The position numbers were made by a program, and so were the translations under genes. A stretch of DNA of 60,674 bases, filler included, from Basidiobolus meristosporus CBS 931.73 (lineage: Eukaryota; Fungi; Basidiobolomycota): assembly GCA_002104905.1 (NCBI GenBank). It is 3 parts of 3 records of this genome, joined end to end, with 100 filler letters (N's around TTAATTAATTAA, not from the genome) between each part and the next. Parts side by side here need not be neighbours in the genome. Positions count along the whole stretch, not along the records: positions 28,276 to 50,418 come from MCFE01000981.1; 2 more parts are not named here. One strand, written 5' to 3'. Positions 38,186-50,518 of the stretch are shown here, in pieces. Numbering within the stretch: the first letter of the stretch is position 1; every line of letters starts with the position of its first letter. Under the pieces are notes generated by a model. That model searched no databases and had not been told where the DNA came from. It saw nothing but the letters and a program-made list of their open reading frames with translations.

Positions 38186-38527
38186 GGTGATGATCTAAGT
38201 GACCAAGTTAGGTGAATATTTAGGTGGAAATAAAATTTTTACAACAAGATCATCACCTTCAAATCCTAGAGAATACTGACCAAATTCCTTGTTGGGATTT
38301 ACTTAGAATATTTACCCAGAATATGAAAATTCTCGAAGTTGTCCAAACAGCCCCAAACTTTGCACACATGTTCTTGGGACCTTTCTTAACCTATTCTACA
38401 TGTTTGTAATGCCAAGACCAGGTAAAAGTATAAATACTACTTTTACATTCAATAAATCATTAAGTGAATACCACATAATCTACTTGTCCTCCCAACCACT
38501 TCCAAAATCTCCAAGACTCTTACAACA
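38184..38527. mobile_element. Composite LTR junction: inverted LTR head (38184-38246) joined at AGATC to a plus-strand LTR body (38247-38527)
   Basis: This is the reverse complement of the arrangement at ~33123-33465 and carries the same internal LTR deletion (AATATTTACCCAGAAT). Confidence 0.85.
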
Positions 38528-39060
38528 GTTTTTACTTATTGATTTATTAATTGTGAAGGTGGTATTTGTACTTTTACACGTTCTTGGCAAAACAAACTCA
38601 TAATACACTTAAAGTATAAAGGGATCTTTGGACAACTTATCAAGTTTTCATATTCTGGGTACCTGATATTTTGGTAAAATGCTCCAAGTAAATACCAACA
38701 AGGGATTTGAGTGAAATACTCTAGGATTTGTAGGTTCAGTGAGTATTTAGGCGTAACTACAAAATCTATAACACTATTCAAGTATCCCCTTCTGACACCA
38801 GCTACAACATTAGCACTGTCAATTCACAACATTTCAACTATCTCAGATTATATTTTGATGAAACTATTCAAAATTGTCTAATAAGCCACCAACTTGAAAC
38901 ACATATATTTGGGATCCTCATAAACATATTTCATATGTGTGCTTTGTCAAGACTTGGTAAATGTACAAATACCACCTTTCATTCCATATATTATTAAGCA
39001 AAAGCTACATAATCTACTTGCACCACCCATCACTTCCAACATCTCCAACATATAAACCAC
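38528..39060. mobile_element. Highly diverged Copia LTR relics (minus ~38528-38772, plus ~38900-39060)
   Basis: Recognisable LTR motifs CATATTCTGGGTACCTGATATTTTGG and CATAATCTACTTGCACCACCCATCACTTCCAA. Confidence 0.65.
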
Positions 39061-39763
39061 ACACTCCAAATTGCTTCTTGTAGCCTTCCTCAAACAACTT
39101 TTTTCCAGTACATTCATAGTGCTCAAATAGAAGTACACACAGGTTTACCCAGCCACTTCAAACATTTAATATACCAGTCAACCAATGGCCCCGTAATTTG
39201 GACACAGCGAGTATATATATTGACGATGGTACAAAATATCACGGCCCCTTAATCGAGCGGAAAAGCGTGGCATAGCGGACAAAGACGGCTGTATAGCTAG
39301 CATCAATTCATTGTGATGAGCGATTGTTTTATAAGCGCACTCATAAGTAGGTGCATTGCTGTGCGATCAGAAGGTACGACCAATGGCATGAAGTTTGTTT
39401 TCAACAATTACAGCTAGGGTTGGCAAGTCACATGATCTAATAGAAACTGGCACAATTTCGAGACTGTCCTGCAGTCATTGCGCACATGTTGGTCAGCGGA
39501 GCCACTGTCATCTGATTGGACAACATAAAAGATTGGCCAAATCCATTTATTTGGAGAACCTATGATGGTGACCTCTCTATTTTTGGACAGCCCAGTCATC
39601 AAAGCCTTTTTTTCTGAATAGCATCTTAGTCCTCCTTCTCCCAAAATCCCGCACCTTACTATTGCGCTATTACTTTATTAATTTTGCTAATTGTACCCGT
39701 ATTAACCCATACATCACCTACCTTTAAATATCAGAATAGAGCGCGTATTGAGCTTTGACAGCG

Positions 39764-41030
39764 ATGAGATTGTGGAAGCTATATAGTACTTTGTTGTTGG
39801 GGATCGCCATTGGTCTTACTTCGTGTGTTCATGCAACCATAATTGTTTTGGTAATTGCACATTGCTCTCTTTGCACCCTAATCTTCACTCACACCTTTGT
39901 TTTATTTTAAAATTAGTCTACAAACGATACGTACCAAGTATGTCCACATCCTTTGGTTGTGTTGGATTTCCTTCTGCTAACATTCTTTTCTCTAGGACCG
40001 CATTGCTGCCTTTGGCCCACGTCTTACTGAAAAAGGCATCAATGGAACCCTAATTCCGTTGGAGATGCTTGCACCTGAACTGAAGCATGCTTGCACAGTT
40101 GTGTCTCCACCAACCGTTACAGACTGGATAGCTCTAGTCGAAAGGGGAAAATGCTCTTTCATCGAAAAAGTTCGTAATATGCAAAAGTCAGGAGCTATCG
40201 CAGTAATTGTAGGAGATGCTGAGTTTGATAGCTTGGTAACGATGTATGCCTCAGGTAAGCTTGAAAAACTTGTTAGGATACCTTGGCTCTCTTACTCAAG
40301 ACAACATATGGATTGGATAGGAGATACAACCGATGTGAAGATCCCATCTGTGTTTACTCAGCAGTCTCAATACAAGCAAATCCGATACCTCTCTCTGTTC
40401 CTAGATGAACCCATGCTAATCCGACTAACTAAGGATGACATGTTGGATTGGTAACAGTCTAGCAGCTCTTACTTTTCTGTAGCGCGCGATTAACTTTTTC
40501 TCCGGTTAGGCCCTTGCTGGACGTTATAATCGTTACACTGCTATCCCCTACTATCATGATGGCATTCATTTACGGCCTATGGAGATTTCGCCAAAGACAG
40601 CGCGAGAAGCGTGACCTAGCACCTGTAAGTGTTATATCGAATCTCCCCAAAAAGAAATTCTACAAGGAGAAAAGAAAGGGCAACGAACCACAAGAATGCG
40701 CCATTTGTCTGGAAGACTATATAGACGAGGATGAATTGCGTATCCTCCCGTGCAAACATGAGTTCCATGTTGAATGCATTGGTAATTGGCATCCACCAGA
40801 GGCTTTACCCAAAGACAACAACTAACCATAGCATTTACCAATGAACCTAGATCCTTGGCTCACCACTCGTAAGAAATTTGTAAGTACCAATGCACGCCGG
40901 TGATTGCCTATCATCATCTTTAGCGCTATCCCTAACATTTGCCCATTGAATCCAGTGCCCAATATGTAAGCAAGACACTTGTCCTAGTGAAGATACACCG
41001 TTGCTCCCAATTCGGGAGGGGAACCCTTAG
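39764..41030 (+). CDS. PA-domain, TM, RING-H2 E3 ubiquitin ligase (RNF13/RMR-like), spliced
   Basis: Signal peptide MRLWKLYSTLLLGIAIG, AAFGPR, PA motif IALVERGKCSFIEKVRNMQKSGAIAVIVGD and a TM helix. RING-H2 CAICLEDY...CKHEFHVECI/DPWL...CPICK is assembled over GT-AG introns; stop TAG at 41028-41030. Confidence 0.92.
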
Positions 41031-41393
41031 ATCCATATTAATCTGTCCCCGGCTGACTGGCTTTTGCACTACTTTATCTGCTGAGTTTAATTCCATCTCC
41101 CTAACGTCCACCTTAACTGTTTTCCATTGTTTTTAGTATTCTGACGAGTTGTACGTTTGTGTAAATAACTATTTCCCCGTCCCCGGCCCCGTCCACCCAA
41201 CCAGCATCTACACCCTTTGTTTAAATCGAATGGAAAATATATTCGCTTGCTGTACACCATCTGTTGGAGCTATGCATTCACTTGGTTTCATCTCAACATG
41301 TCGTATGTGCAAGGAGGTACTGATCAACCATGGCTACATGGTCACGTTTATTGCATAGATGAGTGAGGGGATAAGGATGAGGATGACCAATGC

Positions 41394-42632
41394 TTAGTAT
41401 TGATAGAAGCCACGACCGGACTTTTTACCCAACCAACCAGCGTCCACGTACTTCTTCAGAAGCACAGCGGGTCTGTACTTGGTGTCTCCAAGTTCGGTGT
41501 GAAGAACGCGCATGATGGCCAAGCAGGTGTCGAGCCCGATAAAGTCGGCGAGAGTAAGTGGGCCCATGGGGTTGTTGGTGCCGAGCTTCATGGTGGTATC
41601 GATATCTTCTTTGGTGGCGATTCCTTGTTCCAGTGCGATGACAGCCTCATTAATGTAGGGCATCAATAGTCTGTTGGCGATGAATCCAGGAACATCTTGA
41701 CTGGTAGTTGTGACCTTGCCCATGGCTTGTGACAGCCCCAAGGTGGTTTTGAGGGTGTTTTCATCAGTGGCGAGACCTGGAATAATCTCGACAAGCTTCA
41801 TGACGGGCACTGGATTCATAAAATGCATTCCAATAACCTAGAGCATAGTTAGCCAGCATTCCTACCAGGTGGCGAGATTAATACTCAAACCTTTTCGGGG
41901 CGACTCGAAGCAGCGGCAATGTTGGTGATGCTGATACTGGATGTGTTGGTCGCAAGGATGGTTTCTGGTGTGGTAACTTCAGAAAGGATCCCGAACAGCT
42001 TGCGCTTAAGGTCTACATTCTCCGAAACTGCCTGTTGCAAGGTTATTGAATGATTCTTGATGTTACGTTCGGAATATTGACCCTCACCTCGATAACAAAG
42101 TTGGCGGAGTTGAACTCTTCGACTTTTTCGGACCAGGTCATACGGCCCATGATTTCTTCCTTTTCCTCGCCAGTAAGTCTGCCTTTGGAGATGTCTTTAT
42201 CCAACAGAGCCTCTAAATGAAACGAATTGGTATGTGTATCTGGATATACGTGGTACACCCAAGAGGGAACACTCACGCAAAAATTTGCTGGATTTTTCAA
42301 GCTGGACGGGGTTCGCGTCAACGAAAGTCACTGGCACCTTGGCCATACGGGCAGCAACCAAACCGATTCCAGCACCCATTTGGCCAGCGCCCAAGACTCC
42401 TACTCGTGAGATACCAAGCTTCGGGGAATTAGACGTGTATGTTAAGAAAGTGGACAACAGTCGGCCCACTTACGTCCTTTGCAGAGGGCTTAGCATTCTC
42501 GCATAAGGAACGAGTCGTATGGAGACGTGCCTAGATAGAGGTGGTTGGTTTGGTATTGGGGAGAAAGCTCAACTCAAAATATACCTTTGATACGGTGTTG
42601 CGGAGTGCAAAAAATGAGCGAGTGGTAGACAT
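41394..42632 (-). CDS. 3-hydroxybutyryl-CoA / 3-hydroxyacyl-CoA dehydrogenase, probably mitochondrial, spliced
   Basis: [13 protein letters not shown] (Rossmann GxGxxG), [27 protein letters not shown] and [13 protein letters not shown]. The N-terminus [12 protein letters not shown] resembles a presequence. Confidence 0.95.
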
Positions 42633-42669
42633 GGTAAAGCTTTGACGAAGCAGAGATTCCTGTCAGGAT

Positions 42670-42724
42670 AGGGAGGTTTAGATATATATTACAGGGAGGT
42701 TTAGATATATATTACAGGGAGGTT
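42670..42724. repeat. 23-bp tandem repeat (2.4 copies) just upstream of the dehydrogenase ATG
   Basis: AGGGAGGTTTAGATATATATTAC at 42670 and 42693, partial copy at 42716. Confidence 0.9.
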
Positions 42725-43069
42725 TTTATGCCCCAAGGCATATCGCTATTGAGCCTAATCCCCACCATGGAGCAATATGAATCGTGGGAAAGTCGGAAAG
42801 CCCTCAAACAATCACGTTACTTAAAAACCATCCGAAAGATTCCCTAATCGCCTCTAAATGTGCGACATTTGAAAAGGCCTATATTAAATTCAGTTCTCAC
42901 GATCCGAAGACCGATCAAATCGAGTTGGTCTAATGCCAGATTTAAGCAAGCATCGTAAGTCGCCGTTTAAAGCGTTTCGTGGATGTATCATCAAAAGTTG
43001 CAGTTTAATACATTTTGTGGATGTTTCTATTAACGATCGGGTGGCTATATTAGGATTTAGTTACATGTT

Positions 43070-43909
43070 TTACGCTCTTTGCGGGGAGGGATTTAATGAG
43101 GGTTGGGGTGACCGGAAGCTTGAATTTAGCGAGGGCTGAGGTGACAGGAAGCTTGAATTTGGGCTTTGATCGGAATTGCTCTTATTTAGATTGGCGATGG
43201 ATGAGCTCAGCATCTGCTTGTAGTTTCTCATGCGGCGTCTGCGACGGAAATATATAAATGAAGCACAGAGCAGTATAGCTACAAAGCAGCCTACACCAAT
43301 CACGATATACACCCAGGTCGCAAGCGAGTGGTAAAGCTCCGAGTCGCTACTTGCTCGACAGACCCCCTCAAAACAGTCGGTTGACTGGCATTGGTGGCTA
43401 TGCGAGCAGGATGAGCCTGAGGATAACAGCGCGACACACACCATGGTCGTGGGAGAACAAAAAGCGTTGCCCAGGCAGTTGTCATATTCGTAATTCGACA
43501 CGTGGTCAATCTCGCAAGATTCACCCAGTGCTACTGATCTTGTGGAGCAGGTGCCTTGGAAGCACATAACGTCGGGTGCGCCCTGGCACACATCGCCTCT
43601 TGCCACAGAACAGCTCCCTCCCAGGGCAATCTGCATCAGGCATTTGGTTTGGTCGTAGGGGCAGTAGAAATTGTCTGGGCATAAGGGTAGGTCGTAGGGC
43701 TTGTTGTCGGCCGCATCATACTTGCATTGCTTCAGCACGCAGGTTTTGGTGGTCCCGTCGCACGTATACCTCTCGTCATTGCAGGGGCTCTTGACTGGGT
43801 TGGCTCGATAAACGCATGTCTCGTTGAGGTTGGGCAGCCCTTGGGCCTCGAGGGTGATGAGTAAAATGGAGAGCAAAACAAGCAGTGACCAGTCCCAGAA
43901 TTTGTGCAT
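43070..43909 (-). CDS. Single-pass type I membrane protein with Cys-rich ectodomain and Ser/Pro-rich tail (279 aa)
   Basis: Signal MHKFWDWSLLVLLSILLITLEAQG, many spaced Cys and TM VYIVIGVGCFVAILLCASFIYF followed by RRRRR. The tail repeats SPQPSLN. Confidence 0.8.
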   Translation of the reverse strand: MHKFWDWSLLVLLSILLITLEAQGLPNLNETCVYRANPVKSPCNDERYTCDGTTKTCVLKQCKYDAADNKPYDLPLCPDNFYCPYDQTKCLMQIALGGSCSVARGDVCQGAPDVMCFQGTCSTRSVALGESCEIDHVSNYEYDNCLGNAFCSPTTMVCVALLSSGSSCSHSHQCQSTDCFEGVCRASSDSELYHSLATWVYIVIGVGCFVAILLCASFIYFRRRRRMRNYKQMLSSSIANLNKSNSDQSPNSSFLSPQPSLNSSFRSPQPSLNPSPQRA

Positions 43910-44544
43910 TTTTCGTAGAGCTATGTAAGCAGACTCCGGAGCGCTGCCAATATTTAAAGAAAAAGCAATCAGCCCTGACCTCACCCATAGCTTAATCCGA
44001 AGATCTTGTATATTAAAGTGTAACATTGATTCCTAATACGCTCACTTCTCACAAAAATGTTCAAATGAGAACGAAGATAGCAATTTTCTACTTGATTCCC
44101 ATTGAAAATGGTTTCCTTTTCAGCTAGCAAATATCCCGATTTGCCCAGTATCCAGTATTCTCCAATATCTCTGCTGGGTATTACTCCAATCACACCGTAT
44201 GTCTGCCGCCTAACTGCTCAATTTGAGCTACGCCTTGTTTATCGTCGGTATCTTGGCCTTCTTTTCCCTTCTAAAACCTCAGTGCAACCATGGGATTTCG
44301 TGAGCGTTATATAGGCGGATTCATGGGTCAAAATGAAACCTGCTGCTTTCGTTGAATACCGATAGTATGTACAATGGCTTTCTAACCATAATTAGCGCGG
44401 ATTTCAGTTGCTGAAACGCTTCTGCCAGGTCAATCAAACCAAACCTCACCCGTTGGTTCCCTTTCACTCCTAGCCTTCAGTCAGGTGCTGACAACACAAA
44501 TACCTGCCTCACCCCTCATCGAAGCATGCTCTCTTGTATCAAAC

Positions 44545-47500
44545 ATGATTCAAAATAAACCTTCAGAAGATAAGCGAAGAATGCTGGATATCAGCCTTCC
44601 AGCTCGAAGATTCGCAGGTATACCGCGTAGCCAAACTCTACCAACCTCGACCAAGAAAGTCGAGGATAGCAGTGCCAAGCTCTCCAACGATTTTTTCGCC
44701 TTTGCCCTGGCCCATTTCCCCAACTCCCAACAACCCAAGTGGCAAAAAACAATCGAGAAAAGAATAAAATCCGTGGTGTCAATCAAGTTCAGTTTGATCG
44801 AGTTTTTCGATACCGAAGGTATGAGCTGGTTGAAGTAAAGGGATCTCTTTCGTCTGAATCAAAAGCAAACCCCTTTCTTCAGAGCCGCTTAACTCGCAAG
44901 CAACGGGATTCATAGTAGACGCGAAGCGGGGGCTGATATTAACCAATAGGTATTTTACGGGCTTCTTAAATTATCCAAACAGTGGTCTGGCCACTTAGCC
45001 ACTGGTTAGACATGTAGTCTCCCCTGGGCCTTTCGTTGGTGAAGCCATATTTCATGACTTGGAGGAAGTTGATGTGTTTCCGGTTTATCGGTTCGAGCAT
45101 TTGCATTCACCCTCTCGTCTTACAGCCTGAACTCACAGCCATCTATGCTAGCGATCCTGTCCATGACTTTGGGTAAGTAGCCTGTGTATCCGAGGACGCA
45201 AGGTTGTTTGATACATTGGTTAGTGTAGCTTTCTTCGCTTCGATCCATCCAAGATCAAGTATATGCCCATCACCGAAATCCCGTTGGAGCCGTCCGCGGC
45301 CAAGGTGGGTTTGGAGATCCGTGTGATAGGCAACGACAACGGGGATCAGCTGTCTATCCTTGCGGGATGTATTTCCCAATTGCACCGGAATACCAGCATC
45401 TATGGGCCTGGCAACTACAGCGACTTCAAGTAGGGCGCCCATTGCTCTAATGTCGTTACCACCACTGACCTTTCGAAACAGCACGTTCTATTATCAGGCT
45501 GCCTCAAGTGCTAGCGGTGGTAGCTCCGGCAGCCCAGTAATCGACATTGATGGGAGAGCAGTCGCACTTCAATCTGGTATGGAGTGATGTGACCTCGTCT
45601 ATGTGATCTCGCCTAACTGATGTCCATCGGCGCAGCCGGAAGCGATGAAGCGGCCAGTAATTACTATCTCCCTTTGGACCACGTAATTCGAGCCTTAAAG
45701 TGCATCCAAAACGGGGAGCCCATCACTAGAGGCACAATCCAAGTGAGATTTATGTGAGTCTCGCCCCGCTTGCATTGCTGACCGAGGAGCTGACATGCTT
45801 CATGACCAGGTACGAACCGTTCAATGAGACGCGTAGGCTGGGGCTGCTCCCAGAGACGGAGAAAGCCATCCGAATCACCTTCCCCGAGAGCAGGGGGATG
45901 CTTGTTGTTGCTTCCGTCATTCCAAATGGGCCAGCATTTGGATCCTTGGAGGAGGGGGATATATTGGTGAAGCTCAATGGAAACTACACGATCGATTTTA
46001 CTCACCTGGAAGAGGTGTTGGATACCTCGGTGGGTGAGAAGGTTCAATTGACGATCGAGCGCGGGGACAGAATCATGCATTTCGACATCGTTGTCCAGGA
46101 CCTCCATTCGCTGTAAGTTTCGTGGCTTTTAGGCTTTGTTCACGTACTGATTCTTTGATGGAAGTACTCCCGATCGATACGTCATGATAGGCGGTGGTGT
46201 CTTCAACGAGCTCTCTTATCAGATTGCCATGAGCTACAAGATACCAGTAGGCGGGGTGTATGTTGCTGGGGGCTACGGTATGTGGTTTGGAGGCGGGGTA
46301 GTCATCACCTCGGCCAACAACGAACCAACTCCTAACCTGGATGCATTCGTTGAGATCATGAAGCGAATCTCGGATGGGGAGCATTTTCCAGTCAAGTACC
46401 ACTACGCCGCAAATCGGAGAGACGTGAGGCTGAAGATTGTCCGAATGGAGCGTCACTGGTCGCCATTCAAGATCGCCGTCAAAGATGGTTAGCTAGCCTG
46501 GCCCTCTATGTATTTGCATGGTCTGACGCCTAACATTTCTAGACTCATCGGGTTACTGGCTATTCACCGACCTGGGCCCGCCGCCAGTACCCGAGCTCCG
46601 CCGTCGTGTAACCGCAGACATGTTGGCAAAAGATACTTGCCGATCCAATATGGATTTTATCCGTTCATTTGTCAAAATTAAGTATTATATGCCGCTGACG
46701 TTGGATGGGTTCCGACTCGTCAATGTAAGCGCTTCTTTCTGTCTTTCTTGGTGTCAATGATCCCTGACACACGGATTTCAGACAGAGGGCTATGGCGTGA
46801 TTGTAGACGCAACGAAGGGGATTGTTGTTGTCAGCCGCTCTCTAGTTCCGGTGTCTCTGGGTGACTTGACCATTATTATTGCCGATTCAATCAAAATCCC
46901 TGGAAACATCGTGTATTTCCATCCCGAGCACAATCTTGTGTTCCTCTCGTACGACACCAACTTGGTGGATAAAGATATTGTGAGAGATGTTAAGATCAGC
47001 GAGGTTCCGGTGGAGGACGGTGAGTACTTGCGCGCATGCCGCTTCGACCCATCAGCCAGTGACCGTTAGCTTCCTAGGGCAAGATTGCTATTTCTTCGGA
47101 TTCAACCATTCCGATCTCCCGGTGCTCGTCAAGACGGCTGTATCGTACGTGAAGAACTATGGATTTAGCGAGAATCATCCTCCTCGGTTCAAGTAAGCAG
47201 TTTTGAATGGCATTTACCTACGAAGCTCGAATCACATAACGCCACTCTGCAGAAGCGTGAACTTTGATGCAATTACTCTTGGGTCGTCGGTGCCGTACAC
47301 CTGTGACAACGGAGTCATTGTGGATGCTCAGGGACACGTTCAAGGCTTATTCCTGAACTACCTGGGATCAGCCGATGACAACGGAAGCGAAAAGGAGATC
47401 CAGCTCGGGCTTCCCATCGATATCATACTCCCCATCCTGGACGATTTGAGAGATGGGAAGCATCCCACCCTCAGGGCGCTTACCATAGAGTTGACTACGT

Positions 47501-48386
47501 TGTCGTTTGATGAGGCTAGGGATATTGGTTTCTCTTATTTCTGGATCAAGCTCTTCAAGGAAACCAACCCTGCTTGTCTGGATGTGTTCCAGATCTACAG
47601 AGTTGAAGCGGGCAGCCCGTGCCAGGGAGTCTTAAAAGAGCTGGATATCATATTGGCGGTGAACGGACAGCCTTGTACGCAGCTAATCGACATGGACGTT
47701 CAATACTATCGGACTGATATCGAGATGGTAAACACTGCTCTGGTCACTAGCCTAAACCATGCTAACCTTTCCAGCAGACTATTTTGAGGGATTCGAAGGA
47801 GTTGACCATGACCGTCCCAACCGCCCCTTGCTCAGGAGAGGGTACCACTAGAGTGGTGAGATGGTGTGGAGCAGTGCTTCAAGGTAAAGCTTCCGTGATT
47901 GCGCCACTGTCGATGATGCCATTCACTTAGTGTTGTCTGTCTCAGAGCCATATAAGGCAGTGCTACGTCAAGCGGAGACCATCCCTTCCCGAGTTTATGT
48001 ATCTTCCTGTAATTTCGGCTCGCCAGCCAACAATTACGGACTGGTAAGCTTTCGTTGATGGTTGGAACTGCCTGCGACAGGTGCTCATTTCTTTAAGGCA
48101 CCCACCAAGTTCATTACACATGTGAATGGCCTGGAAACACCCAATCTAGACGTCCTGCTCGAAGTACTCAAGAACTCGCCTGACAATACATACGTACGAA
48201 TAAGGCTTGTCAACCTCGAGGGACACCCGGAGATTCTGACGTTAAAAACGAACTATCACTATTGGTACATGGTCTGCTTCTTCCCATGTCCCTGCCCCCC
48301 CCCATCTAACTAGCTACTGTAGGCCAACCGAGGAATTGGTGAAGGATCGCGAGAGTGTATTTGGATGGTCGCGAAAAGAGCATTGA
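44545..48386 (+). CDS. NMA111: Nma111/Ynm3-like HtrA-family serine protease with PDZ-like domains, multi-intron (start uncertain)
   Basis: WQKTIE...[20 protein letters not shown] (His), DPVHDF (Asp) and GGSSGSPV (Ser). A second degenerate protease-PDZ repeat follows; stop TGA at 48384-48386. Confidence 0.92.
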
Positions 48387-48501
48387 TACTTCTGCTGAAA
48401 TCCGGAGTTTATTGCTCCACGGCCAAGACATCATTCTTATAATACATTAATAAAGATTATTATGACAATGGAGGAGCCCATCGCTTGATCATTACTCTGG
48501 C

Positions 48502-49505
48502 CTAGATCTCATCGCTTGATCGGCTCTCCAACGCCCATATAGAATCGCGATCACCATGAACAAGCCCATCCTGCTCCTCTTCGTCGTCCACAACCTCATC
48601 CACTAGCTTCTTGGATAGCCAGTATACATAAACTAGCAAGCCCACTCCCAGAGTGATCGCTGCTATCACACCAAGGATCTTCAAAGCAGATGGATGTTCA
48701 GTAATGGAGTCGGCAAAGCTGACGAGCTGTGAGCCGATGTAGATTTGTGGCAGGAGCTTGATTAGCGAGATGCCAGTAACCAACAGAAATTGGGTGGTTG
48801 GGATGGTGGTTCCAGCGAGGGTCACGTTCAAAACATTATACGGGTAGGGTGCAAACCGTATGAGTAAAAACAGCTGAATGGAGAATGGTTACCGACGTGT
48901 TGGTATTGAGTTTCGCTCGGTGCTTCGCTTACCTTGAAGCCCTTTTTCTCGATGGCCTGGGTTATTCTCGCCATGACGTGATGAGCGGTGAGCACTTTTC
49001 GAACGTATCTGCGCCCGTACCTGCGACACATAATGAAACAGCAAGTGCCCCCTATGAACGCCCCCAAGAAGGCTGGCACGAAGCCCAGTGGGAAGCCGTA
49101 CACAAAGCCTGAAAATGTAGTCAAGGTGCTGAGACCAAAAATGGGTGGAAATCCGGTGCAGGTGATCAACAAAGTCAACACAAGGCCCCACTAAGAAAAG
49201 GGTCAGTTTTTCAACCTACGAGAAGGAAATGAACTGACTTACAGGAACCCGCGGTCCCGGATCCATTGGCTTAGCTGCTCTAGCTTGGGCAATAAACTGT
49301 CTTTGTAATGGGCAAACAGCGCCAGTGAGGTTATCAAAAGCGCAATGGCAGCCAACATTCCAAGGGATAGCTTCCATTTTTGAAGCAACCTTCTCCAGAT
49401 ATTTTTGGGTGCCCTTGCACCATGTTCAGCGCGAATGTCGGCCGTATCTGAGCCTAACTCAAAGGAATCGAGGCTTCCTCTGGACTTGTTTCTATTTAGG
49501 CTCAT
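48502..49505 (-). CDS. TVP38: TVP38/TMEM64 (SNARE-associated Golgi, DedA/VTT domain) membrane protein, spliced
   Basis: FPPIFGLSTLTTFSGFVYGFPLGF...AFIGGTCCF, IEKKGFK/LFLLIRFAPYPY and KLLPQIYIG; hydrophobic pattern typical of the family. Confidence 0.88.
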
Positions 49506-49689
49506 GGAAGCAAATTCACTCGATGGGTAGGAAGGAATCAAACAAACGAATCAAACGAAAAAAGTGATGGCAAAAATATTGGGTAGAATGGCCGAAAGTA
49601 ACATGTAGACGAGCGGAAAGAGCTTTTAGCTTACCCCATTTAGCAGCAATTCGAGATAAGTCACAAGTATTCAAGCATTCAATTTAGTG

Positions 49690-49768
49690 GTACATTGAGC
49701 AGTATATTAAGTAGTATATTGAGTAGTATATCGAGCTGTAAATCGAGCTGTATATCGAGCTGTATATT
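49690..49768. repeat. 12-bp tandem repeat (~6.5 copies) in the divergent TVP38/AKR intergenic region
   Basis: GTACATTGAGCA GTATATTAAGTA GTATATTGAGTA GTATATCGAGCT GTAAATCGAGCT GTATATCGAGCT GTATATT. Confidence 0.9.
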
Positions 49769-49996
49769 TGGATCCATCTCGGACCCTTACCATTTGCAGG
49801 CAAAACGGATAAACAATTTTCAAAGGTCGTGAAAAATACGGAAACAATGCCATGCTGATTTGAGAGTCACGATTAGAGGATGTTCATCATACATCAGTAA
49901 TCCAATAGGATCTCTGAAAAGATTTCATGGTTATATACTAGTGTGTGTGTTGTGAACGCTTTCTTTTATAGCAACAAGCAGAGCGCTTCCGTTCAT

Positions 49997-50418
49997 ATGG
50001 AGTATCGTAAACTAGGAAACACAGGCCTGAAAGTATCCGTGCTCGGACTTGGAAGCTGGTTCGTTATACCTGTGGGGTTAGAAAGTTGCTTTTTTAGCTG
50101 ACGGATTCCCTTCTAGGCTTACTTATGGTGGCCAAGTATCACAAGGTCCGTAACCTTTTCCCATATCTGCGAACTTTCGACCCGCGGTTTGGGAGGTAGG
50201 GCATAAGTTCTCTAACTAATTCAACTAGATGTATGCTATTCGTGCATGACGACCGCGTTCAGCTTGGGTATCAACTATTTTGATACTGCTGAGGTGTACG
50301 GTGGTGGAAGAGCGGAACTTGCCATCGGACAAGTCATCAAATTGGCGGGCTGGAGACGTTCAGAGTTTGTGATCAGCACGAAGATTTTCTGGGGCGGCGA
50401 TGGTAAGTGAACTTCGAG
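49997..50418 (+). CDS. Aldo-keto reductase, voltage-gated K+ channel beta-subunit type; 5' part only (contig ends)
   Basis: [21 protein letters not shown] / LTYGGQV / [21 protein letters not shown]...[15 protein letters not shown] over two introns. Confidence 0.92.
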
Positions 50419-50518
50419 NNNNNNNNNNNNNNNNNNNNNNNNNNNNNNNNNNNNNNNNNNNNTTAATTAATTAANNNNNNNNNNNNNNNNNNNNNNNNNN
50501 NNNNNNNNNNNNNNNNNN
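50419..50518. other. Artificial contig spacer
   Basis: 44 N + TTAATTAATTAA + 44 N. Confidence 0.98.

Noticed and set aside
38247-38527. Treating this LTR as the cognate 3' LTR of Copia copy 3
   Set aside because: The RNase H end and PPT are missing, and it carries a deletion absent from the copy 3 5' LTR but shared with the 33-kb LTRs. It was more likely joined by a deletion.
41394-42632. Bacterial-looking 3-hydroxybutyryl-CoA dehydrogenase as contamination or recent HGT
   Set aside because: It has several spliceosomal introns and a presequence-like N-terminus, and sits among eukaryotic genes.
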